The notes beneath the pieces were generated by a model. It had not been told where the DNA came from, did not search any database, and saw only the letters and a program-made list of their open reading frames with translations. A stretch of 64,000 nt of DNA, taken from positions 69,507-133,506 of the forward strand of contig JBCDLT010000004.1 of NCBI GenBank assembly GCA_038745065.1. Reading direction: 5' to 3'. Positions 56,002 to 63,325 of the stretch are shown one piece after another. Position numbers and translations under genes: made by a program. The number at the start of each line of letters is the position of its first letter. The stretch's first letter is position 1. The DNA is from Pseudomonadota bacterium (GTDB lineage Bacteria; Pseudomonadota; Alphaproteobacteria; Rhizobiales; JANQQB01).

Positions 56002-56856
56002 ATGGAGATCGGCATCATCGGCTGCGGCAATATGGGCGGGGGCATGGCGTCCCATCTGGCTGCTTCAGGCCATGACGTACGGTGCCACGATGCATCACCG
56101 GAAACGCGGCACCGCCTTTCACACCATGGCCTCGCGGTCGAAGAAGACATCGGGCGGCTTGCCGAACAAAGCAACCTGGTCCTCTTGTCATTGCCGAATG
56201 CGGCCGCTGTCGAAGCCGTCATGGACGCCATCCACGACCGAATGCATTCTGGAAGCATCGTTGTCGACACATCGACCTCCGATCCCGTCGTGACAACACG
56301 CCTTACGAGCCGGGCGGAACGCTATGCCTTTCTCGATGCGCCGGTCAGCGGCGGGCCGGCGGCGGCATGTTCCGGCACCATGACCATGCTTATTGGTGGC
56401 GACGCGGACGCCCTCGACCGCGCGCGTCCGGTTCTGGACGTTCTGGCGTCCAAAATCGTGCATGTCGGCGGTCCCGGCGCGGGACATGCAGCCAAAATTG
56501 CGAACAACATGCTGTGTGCGGCCAACCTGGTCCTGGTCGCGGAGGCGGTCCGTCTCGGAGAAGCCGCCGGGATCTCGGGCGGCGATCTGCTTGAAGGCGT
56601 GAATGCCGGATCGGGACGCAGTGGCGTCAGCGAGGTCAATTTTCCGAAATGGATCCTGAGCGAGACCTTTGATTCCGGCTTTACCATGGGATTGATGCGC
56701 AAGGACGTGCGCCTTGCCCAATCGCTGGCCAAACGTCTCGACGTGCCGATGAAGGCCTTCGAGACAGTCGCCGCGATCTGGTCCGCAAGCGCTGAAAAGC
56801 TCGACGACAACGCGGATTTCAACGCCATCACCAAACTTGCGGGACAAAAACCATGA
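56002..56856 (+). CDS. NAD(P)-dependent oxidoreductase, 3-hydroxyisobutyrate/6-phosphogluconate dehydrogenase-like
   Basis: MEIGIIGCGNMGGGMASHL Rossmann N-terminus and DAPVSGG block, 284 aa. Confidence 0.85.
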   Translation: MEIGIIGCGNMGGGMASHLAASGHDVRCHDASPETRHRLSHHGLAVEEDIGRLAEQSNLVLLSLPNAAAVEAVMDAIHDRMHSGSIVVDTSTSDPVVTTRLTSRAERYAFLDAPVSGGPAAACSGTMTMLIGGDADALDRARPVLDVLASKIVHVGGPGAGHAAKIANNMLCAANLVLVAEAVRLGEAAGISGGDLLEGVNAGSGRSGVSEVNFPKWILSETFDSGFTMGLMRKDVRLAQSLAKRLDVPMKAFETVAAIWSASAEKLDDNADFNAITKLAGQKP

Positions 56857-58367
56857 GCGATCGCATGGATCAGCTGGCTTGCCTGCTGAGCGCGTTCGGC
56901 CTGGAAGGCGGAGTGCAAAGCCTTGTTGGCGGAAGGCTGACAAACGGGGATGGCGATCCGATCGTCGTTACAGACCCCTATACGACGCGCGAATTGTACC
57001 GTTATGCCGATTGCGGCGCGCCGATTGCGGAGGCCGCCTGCCGCGCGGCCGAGGCGGCGCAGCCCGATTGGGCACGCGGTCGCAGCCCTGCCGATCGCGG
57101 CGCCCTGATGACGGAAATCGCCCGGACCGTGATCGACCATGCCGAGCCGTTGGCCCAACTGGAGGCATTGACGGCCGGCAAGCCGATCCGCGATTGCCGG
57201 GTCGAGGTGGCCAAAGTGGCGGAGATGTTCGCTTATTATGCCGGCTGGGCGGACAAACTGCACGGCGAGGTGATCCCGGTGCCGTCAGGCCATCTGAACT
57301 ACACTTTACGCGAACCGCTCGGCGTGGTCTTCCAGACGACCCCCTGGAATGCGCCAATCTTTACGGCCGGCTGGCAGATCGCGCCGGCGCTTGCCACCGG
57401 AAATGCCGTTGTGATCAAGCCCAGCGAACTGACACCTCTGACCACGATCGCGCTGGTCCGGCTTTCCGAAAAGGCCGGTCTGCCGCCGGGAACCGTCAAC
57501 GTCCTTGCCGGGCTCGGGCCGACGGCCGGTCAGGCGGCCATCGCGCATCCGGCAGTGCGCAAGGTGGTCTTCGTCGGATCGCCGGCAACGGGCCGCCGGG
57601 TGGCAATTGCGGCGGCGGAAGCCCTGAAGCCGTCGGTCCTGGAACTCGGCGGCAAGTCGGCCAATATCGTCTTTGCCGATGCGACGCTCGACGATGCCTG
57701 CCGGGGCGCGCAGGCAGCGATCTTTTCCGCAGCTGGCCAGAGCTGCGTGGCCGGCTCCCGCCTCCTGGTTCAGGCCGACATCTACGAGCACTTCACGACC
57801 ATGGTGGCCGACGGCATGGCCCGCCTGGCGCTCGGCGATCCGCTTGACGAGGCAACGGAGGTCGGACCCGTCGGGAACGTCCGGCAATTCGAGCATGTCA
57901 CCTCGACCGTGCGGATGGCCGGCGGTGCGGGCATCTCGGTTCTGGCGCGGGAAGACAAACCGCAGACCGGGTACTTCGTGGCGCCGACACTGATCGGTCC
58001 GGTCGACAATGCCGCTCCGGTCGCACGCCAGGAGATTTTCGGTCCCGTGGTCGCCGCAATCCCGTTCAAGGACGAAGCGGATGCCATCCGGCTTGCCAAT
58101 GACAGCGAATTCGGCCTGGCCGGCGCTGTCTGGACACGCGACGTCGCCCGGGCGCACCGCGTTGCCGCCGCTGTACGGGCAGGCACGTTCTGGATCAACA
58201 GCTACAAGACCATCCACGTATCGTCGCCGTTCGGCGGATCGCTGTCTTCCGGTTTCGGCCGGTCGAGCGGCACCGATGCCCTGTTCGAGTATACCGCGCC
58301 AAAGAGCATCTGGGTCGAAACAGCCACACCGTCGCGGCTGGCCTTCGGCTATGCCCCTCCGGCCTGA
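56853..58367 (+). CDS. NAD(P)-dependent aldehyde dehydrogenase
   Basis: TPWNAP, VIKPSELTP, LELGGKS, GQSCVAGSR (catalytic Cys) and EIFGPV. ATGA overlap with the upstream gene. Confidence 0.9.
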   Translation: MSDRMDQLACLLSAFGLEGGVQSLVGGRLTNGDGDPIVVTDPYTTRELYRYADCGAPIAEAACRAAEAAQPDWARGRSPADRGALMTEIARTVIDHAEPLAQLEALTAGKPIRDCRVEVAKVAEMFAYYAGWADKLHGEVIPVPSGHLNYTLREPLGVVFQTTPWNAPIFTAGWQIAPALATGNAVVIKPSELTPLTTIALVRLSEKAGLPPGTVNVLAGLGPTAGQAAIAHPAVRKVVFVGSPATGRRVAIAAAEALKPSVLELGGKSANIVFADATLDDACRGAQAAIFSAAGQSCVAGSRLLVQADIYEHFTTMVADGMARLALGDPLDEATEVGPVGNVRQFEHVTSTVRMAGGAGISVLAREDKPQTGYFVAPTLIGPVDNAAPVARQEIFGPVVAAIPFKDEADAIRLANDSEFGLAGAVWTRDVARAHRVAAAVRAGTFWINSYKTIHVSSPFGGSLSSGFGRSSGTDALFEYTAPKSIWVETATPSRLAFGYAPPA

Positions 58368-58385
58368 TCCCGCGGTGTCCGCGCC

Positions 58386-59267
58386 ATGAACGATTCCTTC
58401 GGCATCGACCATCCCCTGATCGCTGTCCGCAATCTGGAATCCGTGCGCAAAACCTATGAAGCGATCGGCTTTCGCATGACGCCGATCGGCAAGCACCCGT
58501 GGGGCACAAACACCAGCCTTGCCATGTTCGAGGGCTGTCTCCTGGAACTCATGGGCGTCTACGACCCGGCCTTGCTCGACGTGTCCGCCGTCGGCGAGTT
58601 TCGCTTCGGGCGTCACGTCGCGCAGCACCTCACGGAACGCGAGGGCATTGCGCTTCAGGCGCTGCACAGTGTGGACGCGGAAGCCGATGCGGCGCGTGCG
58701 GCGAAAGCGGGCCTTACCTGCCCCGGCACCATCGAGTTCGGTCGTGACGTCGTGTTGCCGGACGGTGCAGCCGACCGGACGCGCACAACCTTGAAACCTC
58801 TGCCCGATGCCCGCTTTCCGAGGCTGTCCTTCTTTCTGTGCCAGCAGCACCGTCCGGACCTGATTTATGTGCCGGAATGGCTGGAACATCCGAACGGGAC
58901 CGTGGGGATCAATGGCGTCACGATTCTCGCCAACGAAGCCGATCACGGCGCCATCGCTGATCGATTGATACCGCTTTACGGACCGGCATCGGCTGTAGCC
59001 GACGGTTTCGAAGTCAAAACAGCAAACGGACCATTTCGAATTCTCACACCAAACGGCGTCGAAACCGCCTATCGCGCTTCGCTCGAGCCGCTGAATTGGG
59101 ACGGAACGCCCAGCCCTATTGCTGTCGATCTGCGTTGTCGAACGCCGGACACGGTTCTGGCACGGGCGGCGGCAACCGGTCTTGCCCATCAACAGATCGT
59201 GGATGGCGTTGTGATCGCAGACCTTTCTAGGATCGGGAACGTGCTTTTGCGTTTCCGGTCGGACTGA
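58386..59267 (+). CDS. VOC/glyoxalase-like domain protein
   Basis: 293 aa. IDHPLIAVRNLESVRKTYEAIGFRMTPIGKHPWGTNTSLAMFEGCLLELMG resembles the glyoxalase-like domain family. Confidence 0.65.
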   Translation: MNDSFGIDHPLIAVRNLESVRKTYEAIGFRMTPIGKHPWGTNTSLAMFEGCLLELMGVYDPALLDVSAVGEFRFGRHVAQHLTEREGIALQALHSVDAEADAARAAKAGLTCPGTIEFGRDVVLPDGAADRTRTTLKPLPDARFPRLSFFLCQQHRPDLIYVPEWLEHPNGTVGINGVTILANEADHGAIADRLIPLYGPASAVADGFEVKTANGPFRILTPNGVETAYRASLEPLNWDGTPSPIAVDLRCRTPDTVLARAAATGLAHQQIVDGVVIADLSRIGNVLLRFRSD

Positions 59268-59450
59268 CCGGTCTTTTGTCCCGCGTTCAATCCATTCCAA
59301 TGCGGGATCGCGCGGCGAGCTCGACAGGTAAGCCCGCCATCAGCCTTCAAGCGGCGTCTCCTTTATTTTTGTATTGTCCGCGTTTTATTAGAGCTTGATT
59401 CATTGCTTCTTTTTTAGATAGCTGCGACTCAGCCATTGGGGAGAAGCAGT

Positions 59451-60761
59451 GTGTTCGGAATCTTTGGAAAGAAAAAGGCGGATGATCGGATAGAACCAAG
59501 TTTGGGCGAAAGCGATCGGAATGAAAACCGAGCATCGGGCGCCCCGCCCTCCGGGCAATTGTCGACCATCCTCGTTCGTCAGTCGATTGCAGAAGCGGCG
59601 ACGTCAGGTTCTTCTCCCTACGATCTGATCCAGGAAGTCATCAACTACACCAATTTCCTGATGGAAAAAGGACTGTATCGCCGGGAAGAAATGCCCCGGG
59701 AAGCGGTTCAGGCTTATCACGCGGACTATTATCTGGCGCAGGTCAACAATGGCGGGCATAGCCAGTTCATCGGCAACAGCGCGAGCAATGCCGCGAATGT
59801 ATGGGCTGATGCGCTTGCCGCCCTGCAGGCAATGAAAGCATGCGAACATGCCGCGATTCTGGAACGGATGCTGACATGGGTTCGTGACAATTCAGATGAG
59901 GCGAAGCAGCAGACCGGTTTTTCAGGCGGCGTGGCGGCCGATCTCAAGGAGCTTGATGAGGAATTCTACAAGCTTGAAAACGAGAACCCGATGATTCCGC
60001 TATCAGCGGCCTGGGTTCTTGGCTGGCCGTCCCTCAAAATCGTTTCAGATGAAACCTATGCCGATGCGCTGCGCGAACTGATCGGATTGAATCCCCGCCG
60101 CGCCGAACGCCTCGTCGCAAGGCGAATTGCCTCGCTGAAACACCAGATCAACGACCATTTGCATGTTTCCATCGGGATGGCGGGATTGGCATGCAATCCG
60201 CCGGAAATGCGCCTTGCGATCGGTGGAGGATCTCACTTGTCTGTTGACGGCGAAGATCAATTGCTTTGGTCAGTCAATACGGATGGCGGCGCGCGTTTTG
60301 CAGTCGTTACCAGCGATGGTGCGGCGATCTATGACCGCATCGAGGACCCGACAAAAATCGACATGAAAGATCCGGAGGACGTGAAGGCCGCGATGGAGGA
60401 TGGGCGTCTTCAGAAGTTAAAGGGTCCTTCAGTCGGTCATCGGCTCTCGTTTGTTGGATCCAGTACCATCTCAAGGATTGTGGCAACGGCCAATCGCGTC
60501 AAGGCGGCAGAGGCCATCGACCTGCTCCTGCGCCAAGCGTCCATCAACGCGGAACGCATATCGGTCGCGGCTCTCTCGGATCCTCAGGACGAGGGTCCGA
60601 TCGACCGTGTTCAGTGGGTCGTGTTTTCGAACGCCCATGCACCTGTCATGGCTCTGACCGACAAAGATGGATCGGTCCTCGTTAATGCCAAAGACCACAC
60701 CGTTCTTGCAAAGGTCCGTGCCGACGATATAGCCAGGCACGCCCGAATGGCCGAACTCTGA
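59451..60761 (+). CDS. Hypothetical protein with an N-terminal DMP19/DUF4375-like motif and an unrecognised C-terminal half
   Basis: YHADYYLAQVNNGGHSQFIGNS matches the VNNGGxxQFxxNS core I associate with DMP19-type domains. GTG 59451 lies 7 nt after GGAG; the track uses TTG 59436. There are visibly more A/T-ending codons than in neighbouring genes. Confidence 0.7.
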   Translation: MFGIFGKKKADDRIEPSLGESDRNENRASGAPPSGQLSTILVRQSIAEAATSGSSPYDLIQEVINYTNFLMEKGLYRREEMPREAVQAYHADYYLAQVNNGGHSQFIGNSASNAANVWADALAALQAMKACEHAAILERMLTWVRDNSDEAKQQTGFSGGVAADLKELDEEFYKLENENPMIPLSAAWVLGWPSLKIVSDETYADALRELIGLNPRRAERLVARRIASLKHQINDHLHVSIGMAGLACNPPEMRLAIGGGSHLSVDGEDQLLWSVNTDGGARFAVVTSDGAAIYDRIEDPTKIDMKDPEDVKAAMEDGRLQKLKGPSVGHRLSFVGSSTISRIVATANRVKAAEAIDLLLRQASINAERISVAALSDPQDEGPIDRVQWVVFSNAHAPVMALTDKDGSVLVNAKDHTVLAKVRADDIARHARMAEL

Positions 60762-60869
60762 GCGGAAAGCGGTTCAGTCGTCGGCCTCGTCCATTCGATT
60801 CCCTTTTGCCGGAGGCGCGCCGCTGCGCGCTTGCAGCACCTGCGTCAGCCAAGCAGACCTCAGCCACAT

Positions 60870-60920
60870 GGATCCGACACCAGATTGTGAGGTGCCGGAT
60901 CCAGGATGTCCTTTCGTTCT
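60870..60920 (+). terminator. Candidate terminator: 12-bp inverted repeat followed by a T-rich tract
   Basis: GGATCCGACACC (60870-60881) pairs with GGTGCCGGATCC (60891-60902) at 11 of 12 positions around a 9-nt loop, then ...CCTTTCGTTCTTTCT. It sits between two convergent genes. Confidence 0.4.
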
Positions 60921-60922
60921 TT

Positions 60923-62686
60923 CTACCGGGCGCCGATCCGTACGACGTCACCGTCGAATGTGGGCACGGTCAGGACGAACGGGTCGGTGGGATAGCACAG
61001 CGCCTGTTCTTCGAGAATGGCGATGGCGATCTCTTCGCCCATGCGCAAACTGTCGTAATAGTCCGAGTAATAGTGGACGCCGGCCATGTTGCGACCGATG
61101 GAAATGTTGGCCGCAAGTTTGTTCAGTTCGCCTTCCAGCGTCAGGAAATCGCCACCCGTTGTCGGTACCAGCGTGGCGCCCGTGGCATCCGGCTCGTATT
61201 GCACCGCCGTGTCGCCGGTCTGGAAACGGGCGAACGCGTCCTGCGAGCCGCCGCGTCTGACAAAAACGGCGTCGGTATCGAAAAACGCCTTCAGGATCGT
61301 TACACACGCCCCGGCAACGGTTGCGTGCCCGGCCCCGTAGGACGGATGCATCGGAGACCCTTCCTGGAAGGCCATCGGCAGCAGAGCGGTCCCGGTGGCG
61401 TTTGCCGCCCGCACAGCCGCGACCGTCGGCGCGATTGCAGCCTCGAGATCGGTGAAAGCCGTCCCGACATGCGGAAACGCTGTCTGGATCGCCCCTGCGG
61501 CTTCGATCCGGCCCGCAAGTGCTTCAGGCCGCAGGCGAATATGATTGTTGAACTTCTGATAGCGGACCGCTTTCAGGGCGCGGGTGGCGACCTCGGTCAC
61601 CAATGTAAGGATATGCGGGCCGCCGTAGAGCGCAAAGCCGCCCGCCTCGCGTGGATGGCTTTCCAGGTTGTCGAAGAAGTTGCCATTTGTGTCGAGGCTG
61701 TTGAGGAAATAGTTTCCCTGACCGGACAAGTTGGCAAATCCCTGATCGAACGGCGCGCCCATGGAAAGCAGAATGAGGCAGGCGTTGAGATAGGCTTCGT
61801 AAAGAGCGTCATCGTGAACGTAGGTCGCAAGGTCGCGCGGAAATGTCATGAATCGGCGCGGTACGACGCTTGAATCTTCAAAGAGCACCGAATTGTCACG
61901 AACGTTTTCGCCGTTTTGAACGCGCAGCCAATCCGGCCAGTCGATCATATAGTCTTGGGGAGTTGCCACGGGTACGCGCTGGCTGATCTGCAGCACGCCG
62001 TACTGAATGAATCCGCCCGCGATGCCGGCACCTCCCGGTTCCGGCTGATCGTTTCCGATCAGCATGAATTGCGACAGGTAGGGGCCAACCTCGACGCCGG
62101 GCGACGATCCCCGGAAGAGGGTCTGTGCGGTTACATTACCGCCGACGGTCTTGCGCGGCCGGTTCGAAAAACCGTTGGCGGCGTAGGGCAAGGCGGCCAG
62201 ATTGGCGACTGCGCTGCTGACGGCCGCGTTGGGGGTCGGATCGACAAAGTCGGTGAACGGTACGTCACGCAACAGTGCCAATTCGTAAACCTCGGCCATC
62301 TCGTAGGCCAATTCGTCGGATCCCAATGGCGGTGCCGGAGCCATGGTGACGGCCTGCGGGTCCGGTCCTTCCAGTTCATAGACGACGCCGGCCGTCGGCG
62401 CTTCCCACGCCCGGGCCTTGTCCGGCGACGCCCGAACCTCCGCCGTGAAGGCGTCAATGTATCCTTCATCAATGGCGCGGCGGAAGGCCTCGAAATCCTC
62501 ACGATTAACGATGAGACCGGTCGTTGCATCGTGCCGCAGACCCTTCGTGAAACACATCGGGTAGTTCGCACCCGCGTATCGTTGTTCGTCCCCGTTTGCC
62601 CGCTGGTTCGGGTGTGTTCGGTCCTTGGCGGCGGCAGCCGCGTCGACTCTTACTTGATAGGCTGCATCGCGACGATAGCTGGTCAT
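60923..62686 (-). CDS. Vanadium-dependent haloperoxidase family protein (PAP2-superfamily catalytic core)
   Basis: Three-block signature QKFNNHIRLRPE / HPSYGAGHATVAG / GRNMAGVHYYSDYYD, plus an N-terminal FTKGLRHD region, on a roughly 587-aa protein. ATG 62686 is preferred because AAGGAG lies 9 nt upstream; the ORF is open to 62695. Confidence 0.72.
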   Translation of the reverse strand: MTSYRRDAAYQVRVDAAAAAKDRTHPNQRANGDEQRYAGANYPMCFTKGLRHDATTGLIVNREDFEAFRRAIDEGYIDAFTAEVRASPDKARAWEAPTAGVVYELEGPDPQAVTMAPAPPLGSDELAYEMAEVYELALLRDVPFTDFVDPTPNAAVSSAVANLAALPYAANGFSNRPRKTVGGNVTAQTLFRGSSPGVEVGPYLSQFMLIGNDQPEPGGAGIAGGFIQYGVLQISQRVPVATPQDYMIDWPDWLRVQNGENVRDNSVLFEDSSVVPRRFMTFPRDLATYVHDDALYEAYLNACLILLSMGAPFDQGFANLSGQGNYFLNSLDTNGNFFDNLESHPREAGGFALYGGPHILTLVTEVATRALKAVRYQKFNNHIRLRPEALAGRIEAAGAIQTAFPHVGTAFTDLEAAIAPTVAAVRAANATGTALLPMAFQEGSPMHPSYGAGHATVAGACVTILKAFFDTDAVFVRRGGSQDAFARFQTGDTAVQYEPDATGATLVPTTGGDFLTLEGELNKLAANISIGRNMAGVHYYSDYYDSLRMGEEIAIAILEEQALCYPTDPFVLTVPTFDGDVVRIGAR

Positions 62687-63325
62687 GACCCGCATCTCCT
62701 TCTCATCGGCCTTAGCAAACAGGCCGGCACGTGGTTACTATCTGTGGCTGAGATTTGGCGGGCGATGACCGCATTAGTGAAAAATAACAGCATAGCAAAC
62801 CCGCCGCCCGAACTGCATTTTGCAATTCGGAATTTGCCCCCAATCCAAAAGACATTTGAGTTAGTTAGTCGTAGTCTTCGCCAAAAATGGTAGGCTGGCC
62901 TCAATTCGGGCCAGGACAATTAATTTTCACTACCTGAGCTCATACATGCCGCCGAAGAAATCGCAGGTCAAGCAAATATTCGTAAAAAATAGCCAAATAT
63001 TTTATCTTGAAATTCTTGGCTGAATGCCAATAGGCGATGAAACTCGAGCAGGCAAGGCCTGTATTTTTTATCAAGACTGAGGAATGATCGAACTACAAGA
63101 TATCAATAGTACGGCTTCCTGTTGGTCATGCACAATTCTATTGACGGCAATCAATTGCCGGTACGGGAAGGCTGGCGTTGAGGGGATCGGCTCGGTTCAG
63201 GCGGACAAAGCAAGGCCAAGCCGCGACAGCACAGAAAACCGGCCCCGGACATTCCTGGCCGACGCCAACCGAGTGAAGCTTAGACTTCAGAAAGGAGACT
63301 TGGAGATCGTATTGGCCGTTTCGAC

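Noticed and set aside
57306-59300. 664-aa minus-strand ORF
   Set aside because: It is antisense to the plus-strand aldehyde dehydrogenase and VOC genes, which have clear family motifs. Its composition is Arg/Gly/Asp-rich and featureless.
59436-59450. TTG start used by the ORF track for the orphan gene
   Set aside because: GTG at 59451 has a GGAG 7 nt upstream, whereas the TTG overlaps that RBS. The difference is only 5 codons and does not affect interpretation.
62765-62893. 42-codon plus-strand ORF (MTALVKNNSIANPPPELHFAIRNLPPIQKTFELVSRSLRQKW) upstream of the haloperoxidase gene
   Set aside because: It has no clear RBS and no hydrophobic or otherwise distinctive feature, and it lies where the haloperoxidase promoter or 5' UTR is expected. 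It is probably a chance ORF.
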